DNA of 51,427 nt, filler included, from Catajapyx aquilonaris (Eukaryota): the NCBI GenBank assembly GCA_000934665.2. It is 3 parts of 3 records of this genome, joined end to end, with 100 filler letters (N's around TTAATTAATTAA, not from the genome) between each part and the next. Parts side by side here need not be neighbours in the genome. Positions count along the whole stretch, not along the records: positions 1 to 17,073 come from JYFJ02007036.1; positions 17,174 to 34,244 come from JYFJ02007037.1; 1 more part is not named here. One strand, written 5' to 3'. The notes beneath the pieces are model-generated. The model made no database searches. It was not told the origin of the DNA and was given only the letters and a program-made list of their open reading frames with translations. Shown piece after piece: positions 12,729 to 25,173 of this stretch; positions within the stretch are counted from its first letter, which is position 1; each line of letters starts with the position of its first letter. A program made the position numbers and the translations under genes.

Positions 12729-13464
12729 CGGGTCTAATACCTACGGAAACAATACGGACGGGATAAAATACCGACGGAAAAAAAGAGGAAAGATCAAAAT
12801 AACGACACCAGGAAAATTCCGAAAATGAGAATACTGACAGGAGGGAAACACCTAATAAAAATATGACCTATGAAGCAGAAATATTGAAAAAAAATATACC
12901 GACAAGGGAAAAATAACTAATGAAAGTAATATCGAAATTTATGGAATAACGAAATAAAAATTTAAAGACAAAGTAGTACAACTTGATGAAACAGATTTCG
13001 GGAAGAAAATAGGTATTGTGGCGGTAGGAAGAAATGACTGTTAGTAGATGAAATATATATAGGAAGAAGAAGGCGAAATTACTAAGAAGAGAAAGACGGA
13101 TTAAGGCGCATATAACGATATGAAGGCTACCCGTTAGAATGACGGGATAATATGGGGAAAAATGGTACCAAGTAAATAGAAAAAAAACAAGGGTACAGGA
13201 GTAGGGTTAGCTGATTGCGGAGGAGAAAAATTATTATTATAGTGTGGTCGAACAATAGAGATAGTAGGTATTGCAGATGTATAATGAATAAGACCAAGTT
13301 GTATATATGCGATGTTGTAATAAAGGGTCAAAGGTGAAAAGGGGTAGTAGACGTAAGTGTCTGTAGTTATTAAGGAGGTGTCGGGGATGTATGTATTCGG
13401 GAATAAAGCTGTCGGAAATTTATTCTGTCGGTATTATGTCTTTCGGTATTCCGTACCAGACCCG
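12729..13464. mobile_element. MITE with CGGGTCT/AGACCCG ends and subterminal AATACCGA-like repeats
   Basis: Inverted termini; left end has repeated AATACCGAC/AATACGGAC, right end has repeated GTCGG(T/A)ATT; A-rich interior; starts where homology to the 16278-16768 copy stops. Confidence 0.6.
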
Positions 13465-13976
13465 TGACGAACATGAATTCAACTATGTTACAGGTTTTTC
13501 AGTTCAGTTAAGAAACCCATTGTTTGTGAGACAGATTTTTGCGACTTCCTCATTGTTTTGTCATCTCTGCAGCTCTTGACCTTTGAGTCCAAGATAGCTT
13601 GTGGGGGGGGGGGGGGGGATCCACCCNGGATCACACCACTTTCTCGCCATATATCAAGGCCACATGATAATATTCATGCACTCGTACAATCATTCATTAT
13701 AATCAATCAGATAGGAATTAGATGGTGTCATTTCAATTAATGTTCCGTGATTAGAGAGGGAATCACTGCTTAACATATCCAGCACAATGAAATTAAAATG
13801 AACAATTAATACGATTTACAAAAATAGTGCGTAACACGCATTTATTATTCACATTGCGAGGAAGGGGGATTATGGGAGGGGTAATGGTTATTTGTACTGC
13901 AGCTAAACAACAATAAGCAACAATCTTATTGAGTGCTATAGTACTTTACAGCAAATGAAGAGTACATAAATTGGCT

Positions 13977-14891
13977 CTATTTGTTTTGTAGGAGAGACTC
14001 GTAGAGTTCCGTAGGTGGTGGGATGCTATCCATAGCCTTTTGGATTTCCTCCCGTGCAACTTCTTCGATCTTTTCCATGATCTTTCCCTTGAAGAGGTTT
14101 ACCACCCAACCTCCAATCACATCCCCGAGCCAATCGAACGCCTTGCCCAAACCTTGGAATTCCAGATCGATTTTCCTGAAAACATCGGCATAGACTTGTT
14201 CAATGTACATCCACCTATTACGATCGAATGCAACAAACCAATGGTCAGAATGCTTACCCAACATCCTCAATTATAAACGTCTTGATAGTCCCTTTTATAG
14301 CCGTCATGTTAAAGAGCAACTCCATATTGACACTGGGTGTTTCAGTGGTGATGGTCAAGTGGAAGTTAGGTCCCATCCCCATAAACTCGGCTTCGACATG
14401 GTACTGCACCACGATGCTATCAACTCCACACTGAAACATGAGTTCATCATACTCTTTCATCCACTGTTTAACTACCTAACTGGTATACCTTGGCGGTAAT
14501 GTCGATGATCTCTCCTAAGTACTGGGCATCGGCATCGCCAGTTCGGTGCACTGTGGACACTCCTGCGGCGGTGCCTTCTGTCAGACTGGCATGACCATGC
14601 CAGTTAACCCATAGGATCGTCTTGGAAAAGCTGTCCTCCTCATCGGGCAGCTTCAGAGGGTCCAATTTTGCCTGAATGATGTATTTTCGAGCAGCGGTTA
14701 GAAGGTCGTCAACGAATTTATTGGCATTGGCGGTGACGGACACTAAGGCCGCTGATTTGTTGTGGGATGAAAAACAAAAGCTTGTAAGCTTACGAAAATG
14801 TCAGTTGCTAAGTCAACTTACCGGATTGAGGTTTAGACTGAGCCCACTGAATCGTCAGCAGGAGCAGCAGAGCTCCCAGCAGGAATTTCAT
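13977..14891 (-). CDS. Secreted group-7 mite allergen (Der p 7)-like single-domain protein; exons 14822-14891, 14489-14751, 14258-14430, 13977-14175; about 234 aa
   Basis: Signal peptide MKFLLGALLLLLTIQWAQS; ANKFVDDLL...LDPLKLPD...GVSTVHRTGDA...EFQGLGKAFDWLGDVIGGWVVNLFKG; clearly paralogous to the 6634-7331 domain. Confidence 0.85.
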
Positions 14892-16277
14892 GGTCGAGGT
14901 TGTTCTGCTGACGACCTATGTTTAACAACGTCTCAGCTGGATCCTTCAGCAACGTGTAATAAATACCGCCTGACCACACTTGTGACGTGTTGAAGGTCAA
15001 CTCATCTCTTGTCTGAAAAACAAAATAAGGATAATCTATAAGAGCACTCCTGCTCTCTTGTGATAGAGAGTATTGCGCAAATAGTTCGCGTCAGAAGCAA
15101 AATTAATCTGCGTTTCTATGCCATTGAGGAAAAAGCATCTCTTGAATTGCGGCAACACCTTCATCCCCCCGTGTATGATTCGTTTATTTAGATTTGCTTC
15201 AAATGCCAGTGATTACCATATTGTCATTGTTCTTGCTTGAAATCAAGTTCTTTGTTTCAGAGGCTCAGATTTTGATTGAGGCCACTCTCAATCTTTCCCG
15301 TCTTGTTCTGAACTACTGTATATTATCCTTTATGGCATTAAGAGTGTGGATTTATGATTTGACCTCGAGACTGTTACTGATCGGGGAGGATTACTGCATG
15401 ATGACTCTTATCACAAATTTGCTGCACCTAGCTAGGTCTTAAGGAGCCTACCAGGACAGATAAGTTTTCCGAAAACCTGTCGCCTCTCTGCTGGTATTGC
15501 GAGGATGTGCAACATAGTCATAACGATATGATACCTTGTTTTTCCTTCTTGCTGAACTTTGACCCATTTCATCCCCATCAACTTGATCAAAGAGCAACTC
15601 TTTTCTCTCAACGTTATGTACAATATTATTATTTATTTATTTGCAGTTATTTGAGTTATTGAGGAGTTATTTTAAAAGGGGTTTCTTTATGGATTTTTCG
15701 GAGTACCATGATCATTTTTCTTGGAAGTGCTTCCTATAATTATTATATTAGATGAAAAAGTGAAACTCAGTTTTTTAATGTGAACAGTGAATATCTGTGC
15801 TTGAAAGTAGAAGAAATTGCAATTTCTTCGCTGGGGGGGGGGGGNGGGGGGGGTAGAGGGCTTCCAGACGATCATTTTAAATACAGGAATCGTGGGTCTC
15901 CGAATCATAGTTACCGAGATAATTAGCATTAAATAAAAAGTGCATTATTCCAGATTATATAGCTTTCGGATACTGCTTACGACACTTCCATCGCCTAGGC
16001 CATTCCCTGCTAACACCTAAGTTAACAGTATCGTAATTTAAAATTAAATTACCTGGTAACACCTTAAATTTAAATGAAAAAGGTACGGTCGCGTGGAGGG
16101 ACGCATATCTGCCAGGATATTTTATACCTTGTGTTTGAAGCACATTATCTCGGTAACTGTGCTTCGCACCCTTCGCAGATCCATGATCGCGTGGAAGCCC
16201 TCTACCAGCCCCCAAAGCGAAGGTAGATTTCCGCACCCTGGATATCCGTACAAATTTTGAGCTTTATAATAATAGGG

Positions 16278-16768
16278 ATTTCGGTAACGGCGTGCTATTG
16301 AATTCCTGGTCCCTAAGATATATCAACTACTTGTGTTATTATTTTATCTGACAAGCCTCTCCACTGAGATAATGGGTGTCACAAGTATCCTGGAAGGTAT
16401 GCGTCCCTCCGCACGGGCTTGCTTTACTTCTATTTTCAAATGCAATAGTTCACGAAGGACACAGCCTTCATCCTACACCGGATTGTCCTCGTACTCATAT
16501 TGCATTGTATTGTTGTCACATATGACGTACTGTATACACATGTCCAGTACAATCTAACATTGGCAATAGTCTATACTCTATAACTACAAATGAAGTCAAC
16601 AGTATGATACAAATATCCAGCCCTTATCATTTCCCTACTGCATCTTGCAGACAGCAAGGGTGGCATCACTTGGACTTTAAAACAGATCAGGGTATAGCTG
16701 CATTCAAATATGGTATGCTAACGAGTGAGAGTGACATTTTCGTCAGTTTCGATCTATGGGGCCAAAGT
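16278..16768. repeat. About 490-bp direct repeat, copy 2 (copy 1 at 12211-12718)
   Basis: Aligns by eye with 12211-12718. Confidence 0.9.
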
Positions 16769-16913
16769 CGCCATTTACGTGTAATACAATCTGTACTCTC
16801 TTCTTTCTGAAGTCTGTTGCGGCTGGTTCCATAATCTCCACTACTTCTTGTTTGAAGTCTCATATATCCATAACGAGACTTCTGCTTAAAATTACTGCAG
16901 GCCTGTCTGTATA

Positions 16914-17073
16914 CAGGGTGTTTATTGTAACTCTGCAAAGACTTTCAGGGGTAATAGAGGAGACCAAGACAAAAATTTTTGACATAGGAACCCGTGTCCG
17001 GAAACGCCATCTAGAGGGGGTTCATAGGCAAGGAACGGGTGCGCTCAGACGCGTCACGCGGGAGGTGCTCGGT
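16914..17073. mobile_element. Left arm of the CAGGGTG palindromic MITE family, truncated by the assembly gap
   Basis: TA+CAGGGTG...GACATAGGAACCCGTGTCCGGAAACGCCATCTAGAGGGGG, shared with the copies at 37481, 40690, 42641 and 43303. Confidence 0.85.
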
Positions 17074-17173
17074 NNNNNNNNNNNNNNNNNNNNNNNNNNN
17101 NNNNNNNNNNNNNNNNNTTAATTAATTAANNNNNNNNNNNNNNNNNNNNNNNNNNNNNNNNNNNNNNNNNNNN
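17074..17173. other. Artificial contig-join spacer (N44-TTAATTAATTAA-N44)
   Basis: Exactly 100 nt with a central six-frame stop linker; identical structure at 34245-34344. Confidence 0.95.
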
Positions 17174-17936
17174 CCCCCCCCCCCCCCAAACAAAAATCCT
17201 GCGTACAGCCTTGACACATAGTATATTATCACAATATTGCACTTTTCTGCAGAGTCAGGTTCATGTAAATAAACCAGCAACATCCAAATGAAACGGGTTC
17301 TCTGAATGTCGTGGGTCCAAAGAATCCATATGCAGATATGGTAATACACGTGGTCAGAGACGCCAAGTAAATGTGCTAATAAATTCTGCCTTTAAGGGAG
17401 AGTAGTTACTTTATGTGAATATTCTTTATTCTTCGTTCAGTTAATGCCAGTTAGTGTGATTTGTAATTATTGTCTTCAGTCTGTTTTCAACAACGTTCAA
17501 TACCGCAGAAATGGCATAATCTACAAGACCATCTGGATGGAGACAATGATACATGCTTTTGTATTTCGTTGTCAGAAAGAAGCACGTGCGTCTTCGAATT
17601 GGATGAGGGTCATCCAAGAAGCTAAAATTATATTGTTCACAAATAACTGAGCAAAAAAATAATTAAATTCTCGACCGTGATGTGCATCATGAAATGAGTG
17701 TCACAAAATATGAGTAAATACGTCTGAATGTACGTACATAGACTCAGGTGCACACAATATGCCAAATACTATGCGGAACAAAGATACTGTAAAATGTTAA
17801 AAATGCACGGCAATGCTTTTTCCATATGATGCACTTCATACATTATTAACGATTATATTGAAAGGCTATCATGCTCTCCATCGGATGAGAGAGACGTCAG
17901 CTCTTTCTAGAGAAAGGCACACAATTAGTGATCTAA

Positions 17937-20037
17937 TCAAGCAGAAATATTAGTTTCACTCAACAGGCGCTCAAAAACAAAGATGACAGCGGAGAGAAAC
18001 AGTCCCGCGATCCAGAAGAAGAAAAAAGACTTCATTCTCTCCATGCTGAAAGCTTCAGGAGAATCTGATTTATGCTTTTTCTTCTTCTTTCGTTCGCGGT
18101 AATAAGTTTTCAGGAATTTGTAGTGTATGATTCTAGATCGACGTACTCTCATCATACTGCTCTCAAAGGCCCTCACTAGCATTTTGTTTCCCTTCTCAAA
18201 TAATACATTGTCTCTTCCAAGAGCTGGACCAGTGTATGCCTGGTGTTTTCGTTCAGGAGCCCACAGCAGCTGGTGATTTCCGTTTCCATCCACAAACAAC
18301 TCGCGTTCTTTTTCGTACATGTAATCAAGCAACATGCAAGCAGCATCTTCGGTCAGAGTGTCAGAAAGACATTGATGAGTATTCATGCTTACTTCCAATT
18401 TGTCAAGCAATACGAGATGGTCAGCTTTATGCTCCAGCTTTTCTACAACAATTTGAAGGATAATTTTTGTAAAGAAGGTAGTTTTCGGTGCCATTTTAGA
18501 GTAGATGAGAGCAATTATGTCTTCCGGCAGATATTCCAACTCAGGTGATGTTATGAATGCAACCAGTTTTGATCGGTAGCAACAATTGATGACCATGCAA
18601 AATAGGAGCAGCGTGAAATAAACTATTCTTACTGCTACCCCGACCACACCTTCAGGATCTTCTGGTTGCTCTATAAGGTGTCGCAACACCTGCCTGACAT
18701 GATGCAAAAATGATTTATATCCTTTCTGTCGCGACATAAGGCAAAACGTTATCCCAAAGACAACTATAGTGAAAATAATTCCAGTCCAAGACGCTGCCGT
18801 GTAAGGCTGGACCATCACGTACCATTTTAAGTCAGGTCTGGGGATTCTCGTCGCAAACGACAGATGTAGGTAGACGATAGGAAAAAATATCGCATTTACC
18901 TGGTAATTCCTCGGAGTGAAAAAAGAAACAAAGGTTAAGTTGCATTTTTTGTACATGATCGCACCTGTCAATCCGCTGAGGGTTCCATTCGGATAAGTCT
19001 CATCCCCGACAAGTTGCGGGACCACAAAGGTCATTTCGGCTTTTAGTCTTCTCTCTGCATACAGTGCCGAAGCTTCATCGGGTTGCAGATGTTCCTCGGG
19101 TTTCTTCCTGGCAGACTCCATATCAATGTCTTCTACATGGCAAACCCTCAATTTCTTACCATTCACATGTGATGGCGGAGGAAGATAGACTCTCTTGAGA
19201 TCAAATCCCTGTAGTGGATGGGAGGGTTGAGCACATGTTCCCCTGCATCGCAGAAGAAGCAGGTGTTGTGCAGAGTGAGGGTCCCGTTTCCGGAGGCTGG
19301 ATATGAGAGTGCCTGGTAGGCGATCCCTTGTCCTGGGTCCTCCAAGAGGATCCTCTCCGGACGAGTGGATGATGAAGAGAGGTGGGTGAAGACGGGGTCG
19401 TGCAGGTTCCTGAGCCTGTAGAGAGAGGCTGCGTGGATGACGAGGTGTGGGTATGCGGATGGACCAGTGGGAAGGAGGAGGCTGAAGGTGCATCTCATCC
19501 CGAGCCATAGCTGGGATTTGAAGGAGTGGGGCAGGCTCAAGAAGGAGAAGAGCTGATCCTCCTTCCATATCTCGGGGTAGTCCTCCGCCTTCGGGTGGAA
19601 GGTCACGGGGTCCAGGTGACCAACCAGCGACGGATGGTAGGTCGTCTGCTGGGTCCGCAAAATGCGCTGTACATATGGACTCACCTGGTCAAGATCTGTG
19701 TCGATGGCCAGCGAGCAGTGATCGTAGTGTGATTCCAGGATATCTTGAACCAATTTGGCAACTAGAACATCGGCTTCTGCCTCCTCCTTCAAGCAAATGT
19801 TCTTCGCCCCGCTGTTTGTCTACAACAAAATAGACACAGTTATACAGTGTCATCACTTCAACTTCGAAGAAGGCAAATGTATATTTCACGTATAATTTCT
19901 ATACAGTATACTGGCAGTTTTCCGTTTAATCTCTCTTGTTATATCAATCATGAGCGAAATAGACTCACCTTAGCATCTGTGTTCCAAATCTGCACTGAGC
20001 AGATGAGAAGCGGAATCATTACACAGAAGTAAATCAT
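17937..20037 (-). pseudogene. Divergent ionotropic receptor (IR), copy 1, frameshifted; exons 19969-20037 and 17937-19819 with a 7-nt deletion near 19210
   Basis: Signal exon MIYFCVMIPLLICSVQIWNTDAK. The ORF track shows the N-half (19163-19792) and C-half (17937-19568) in different frames. Relative to copy 2 (TACACCGGGGAGGGATTT) this copy reads TACAGGGATTT. IR-type membrane segments WYVMVQPYT, INCCYRSKLVAFITSP and FFFFWIAGLFLSAVIFVFE are present. Confidence 0.8.
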
Positions 20038-21530
20038 CTTGGACCGTCTCTGTACAACAGTCCAGGTTCAAATGACGAGGAATGTTAATGTTGAGAATAG
20101 TAATATAAACTCCTCAGTAATGACACACTTTTCATAAATTATTCACAGCAGTTTCCTAACGAGGCATCGTTAGCATTTGCACAGACCCACAACATATAGC
20201 ATATGTTATCATTGGGGCTTCCTCTGAGATGATCTTGTCAGGACGAGAAGCCCCTTTGGACAAATTAGGCTGCCTTGAACATTATTAGAAACTGATTGAA
20301 GATTAGGCTTAAATTGCACTTGATTGATACAATTGAACAAAAGATAAGGAAAATTCTTTCAATTATTATAGGTTCTCCCCCTTAAAGAGGAATGCTGTGT
20401 TCCTCCATTGCTTTTCAATCACCAAGGTGATTATTGATTATATTGACTGTACTGTACACACATAGCGAAGATAGATAAGATGTCTTATGCCTCAAAAACA
20501 ATGAAAATCAATAATGTCACCACATTTTCTGTTCTTCTCTGCCTCCCTTTAAACGTGTAAGGATAGTAATCCAAAATTACCAGACAAAAGAGATTCTTCT
20601 GCCTTCGTATTGGACCAAAATCTCTCGTGTTTGCAGCGGAAACTGGAGAAATCAGCTCATAAAAGGACGACTTAATATGTCTGTCAATTATTTATAGTCA
20701 AGTTTTATTGTTCCCAACTTCATGACATCAAAGCATATTGATTTATGTGTCTCGAAAGTTGGAGCATTTGCCTAGGTATTATATGTATAATAGGCCAGTT
20801 GTAACCAGTGGTTCGGTGCCGACCAAATGAGAGAGATGTCAAATTACGCGGCATACTGTAGCCTGCATGTCATTATTGCTCCATGTTTACGGCATACCCA
20901 AGTGAGCCTCGGCATAACCTTCGACCATGAATCAATAGAGGCTATTACGTAACTCATATGAACTTGGAAATATTTTGAAATACGTACGCCAACTAACAGG
21001 ATACTCTTCTCCTCTTCACAGCATATCATACAGTATGAAGACAACATCTGTTGAATGTAAAAAATGGAGTAGAAGAATATCAATAATTTTTTGGCACTGA
21101 CGTCAGTAAAAGGTACAAAAAATGAGAATATAAAAAATTGAATTGGCCGAACAACATTTAAAGACCGACAGATACTTTTACAGGATGCATCAGTCATTCC
21201 AAAAGGGATTGGGCGAAAACTTTAAAAAGGAAATATCGATAAACTTGACAAAAATAATTAGATTGCATTTATTTCCTTGTTTATTATAGACAGATACATC
21301 TTAATACATTGTCAATTGGTTAAAATATCCAAATCTCTCATACTCGTAAATGATCGTTCAGGTGACCAGCTTTGTTGATCTCATGACTTAAATAAGCACA
21401 AGATTGTGCAAACATCAATATTAGAAGCTAAATCCTGTCATGATTGTATTTTGCTCGTGTGATCATCAGAAGATGACTGTGTCCAGCATTTAGTTTCATG
21501 TTATGGAGAGACGTGAGCTAGCAAAGCTCT

Positions 21531-23639
21531 TTAATGTTGCAATAAATCATGGATTTTTTTCCCCCATCTGGCAAGTTCAAAAGCAAAGATCACTACGGAG
21601 ATAACCAATCCAGTGATCCAAAAGAAAAAGAAAGACTTCATTTTATCCATGGCGAAAGCTTCAGGAGAATCTGACTCATGCTTTTTCTTCCTCTTTCGTT
21701 CGCGGTAATACGTTTTCAGAAATTTGTAGTGTATGATTCTAGATCGACGTACGTTCATCATACTGCTCTCAAAGGCCCTCATTAGTATTTTGTTTCCCTT
21801 CTCAAATATTACACTGTCCCTCCCAACAGCTGGCCCAGTGTATGCCCCGTGTTTTCGGTCAGGAGCCCACAGCAACTGGAGATTTCCGTTTCCATCCACA
21901 AACAACTCGCGTTCTTTTTCGTACATGTAATCAAAGAGGACGCAGGCGGAATCTTCTGTCAACGTATCAGAGAGGCATGTGTGTGTATTCTTACTTATAT
22001 CCAATTTGTCAACCAGTTTACGAAATAGCTGATATTCACTTTGATTCTCCATCTTTTCCACTGCCATGTGTATGAGAACTTTGGTAAACAAAGTGGTTTT
22101 TGCTGACATTTTCGAGTTGATTAGAGCAATTGCGCTTTCTGGAAGATATTCCAATTCAGGTGATGTTATTAATGCAACCAACTTTGATCGGTAGCAACAA
22201 TTGATGACCATGCAGAAAAGGAGCAAGGTGATGTAAACGGTTCTTACTGCTACCCCGACCACACGTTCAGGATCTTCTGGTTGCTCTATCAGGTGCCGCA
22301 ACACCTGCCTAACATAACGCAAAAAAATTTGACTACCTCTCTGTCGCGACAACATGCAAAAAGTAATGCCAAATACAACCACAGTAACAGTAATTCCTGT
22401 CCAAGACACTACCGTGTAGGGTTGGACCATCACGTACCATTTTAAGTCAGGTCTGGGAATTCTGGTGGCAAACGATGTGTGAATGTAGATGACTGGGAAA
22501 AATATCGCATTTACCTGGTAATTCCTCGGAGTGAAAAAAGAAACAAAGGTTAAGAAACATTTTTTGTACATGATAGCACCTGTCAATCCGGTGATGGATC
22601 CGTTCGGGTAAGTCTCTTCTTCGACAAGTTGCGGAACCACAAAAGTCATTTCGACGTTAATTCTTCTCTCTCCATACAGTGCTGAAGCTTCGTCTGGTTG
22701 CAGTTGTTCTTCGGGTTTCTTCCTGACTGCCACCATGTCAATCTCTTCTACGTGGCAAACCCTCACTTTCTTACCATTCATATTGTTTGGCAGAGGAAGA
22801 AAGACTCTCTTGAGATCAAATCCCTCCCCGGTGTACTGGATGGGAGGGTTGAGCACATGTTCCCCAGCATCGCAGAAGAAGCAGGTGTTGTGCAGAGTGA
22901 GGGTCCCGTTTCCGGAGGCTGGATGAGAGAGTGCCTGGTAGGCGATCCCTTGTCCTGGGTCCTCCAAGAGGATCCTCTCCGGACGAATGGATGATGAAGA
23001 GAGGTGGGTGAAGACGGGGTCGTGCAGGTTCCTGAGCCTGTAAAGAGAGGCTGCGTGGATGACGAGGTGTGGGTATGCGGATGGACCAGTGGGAAGGAGG
23101 AGGCTGAAGGTGCATCTCATCCCGAGCCATAGCTGGGATTTGAAGGAGTGGGGCAGGCTCAAGAAGGAGAAGAGCTGATCCTCCTTCCATATCTCGGGGT
23201 AGTCCTCCGCCTTCGGGTGGAAGGTCACGGGGTCCAGGTGACCAACCAGCGACGGATGGTAGGTCGTCTGCTGGGTCCGAAAAACGCGCTGCACATCTGG
23301 GCTCAGCTGGTCCATATCTGTGTCGATGGCCAGCGAGCAGTGATCGTATTGTGATTCCAGGAGATCTTGAACCAATTTGGCAACTAGAACATCGGCTTCT
23401 TCCTCTTCACGCAAGCAAACGTTTGCCTCCCATACCTGGGCATAAGTGAGCACAGTAAATAATCATGGGTAATATACGTATTTATGATTCAAAGGTATCT
23501 ATTTATGTGCATTTGCATCGCTATCATATAGTATTTAAGTTTCATCAAGTACAGTTTGTCATGAACTCACCAATTCACTGGCCCAAATGTGTCCTGTTGA
23601 GATGATAAGAGTGATAAGGATCACTGAAAAGAGAGTCAT
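21531..23639 (-). CDS. Divergent ionotropic receptor (IR), copy 2, intact; exons 23571-23639 and 21531-23435; about 657 aa
   Basis: Signal exon MTLFSVILITLIISTGHIWASEL. Long single exon with S1 (NGSITGLTGAI...FATRIP), M1, the M3-like YRSKLVALITSP (variant of SYTANLAAFLT), S2 and M4. Confidence 0.88.
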
Positions 23640-24925
23640 TTTGCACTACTTTCAATACAGCTGTTAGTAACCAAATGCAAGGTATTGCTATTGACACAGC
23701 AATATACATTCTATGTAGCTGAAGGAAATCGGTCGTATGTCACTCCCGTTCGTGAGACTCGCGTGGCACCATAAAATATGGATCAGCTGCTGTTAATTGG
23801 CAGGATGTCAGAATCAAAGCCAACGATGGAAGAGATTGCGTCACGTGGCAGCACTTGAATATGTAACTCTCATAGCTATGCGACACTCACCTGCAAGTGA
23901 CTTTCCGAATATGATCAAAATATTTCTGAATACGCAATATGATGCTCCAACATTTAACGTACCGTACTTAAGACTCAATGGAAGCCTCTTCACAATATGA
24001 TGAGACAGCTTTGGTTTAAATAATTATGCAAAAGCGGAGCATGCAATATTTTAGACGAACTAAGTTATTCGTCAGCAAATGTTGGTAACAACACATTGCA
24101 CTATACGTTCGGAAATACCGTAGGGCATCCTTGAAACCGAGATCTGAATCAGAAATTTCCCTGCATATTTTAGGTGTTAAAGAATGGTCACTAAAATTGA
24201 TATAAGCTAATATTAATATTATGTTGGAGTATGCAAAATAATTAACTTATCTATCTTCTTTCTACAACACAAAAAACACGCCTTTTATCATTACGACATT
24301 GTACTTTTGGCGCTGTGCACTGTGCAGGTCTGACAAACACTCATAAGTCACTACGGTAACTTTTTTTAAAGTAAAACATACACCTTCTTCTATAAAAGGG
24401 GAAGTTATTTTGCGCGTCTCCGTCATTAATCCTGAATTATAATGCATACCAGATATGACAGTAAAACTTATTCAAATCATAACATAACAAGGTAAAAACT
24501 GTAGCCTACGTCAAGATCCAGTGTTACTTGTAACGGTACGTCGGGGATAGGTGGGAATAACATACAAGGGTGGGCTAATAACTAGTATATTACAATATGA
24601 TACATAAATACAGCGAGAAGGAATAGGAAGGAAGAATGGAAGGAAGGACCTGATCAGGCAAAGGATAGGGTGAAAGAGGGGCTAGCCCACCAGTCCAACT
24701 CCTATTTATGGAGTACTTCTCTGTGGGGGTCAAGGTAGGGAGGGTTGGAAGAAGGGTAGCAAGAAGGACGCGGGTTCATGACCCGATAAGTCTATGGAGG
24801 AGAGGAGAGGGTGAGCTGGACAGGAAGGGACTAATTAGCAGGAGGGGGAAGGTGGGTGGTGAGAAAGGACCGGTATATACTTTACCTTCTTAGTCTCCTG
24901 GTTGATCTAAGTTTACAAAAACAGT

Positions 24926-25136
24926 GCACAGTGCAGTGTACTGAAGTATGTTCGATTCACTCCAGATTTTATACACTTACTTACATACTTACGTACGTAC
25001 TTGCGCAACTTACAGTATGTTACAAATAGGCTTTTTGTGACATGTTGTAAGTTGGGCAAGGACGTATACGTAAGTACGTAAGTAAGTGTATAAAATCTGG
25101 AGTGGATCGAACTTACGTCAGTACACTACACTGTGC
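24926..25136. mobile_element. About 211-bp imperfect palindrome (MITE-like) carrying TATAAAA and TCAGT in each arm
   Basis: GCACAGTGCAGTGTACTGA...TCAGTACACTACACTGTGC; the arms pair along essentially the whole length. Confidence 0.75.
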
Positions 25137-25173
25137 CACACAGCAAGTTGCATTGTCGAGCATTACAACAACT

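Noticed and set aside
17118..17129. TTAATTAATTAA palindrome inside N runs (also 34289-34300)
   Set aside because: Artificial six-frame stop linker used for joining contigs, not biological
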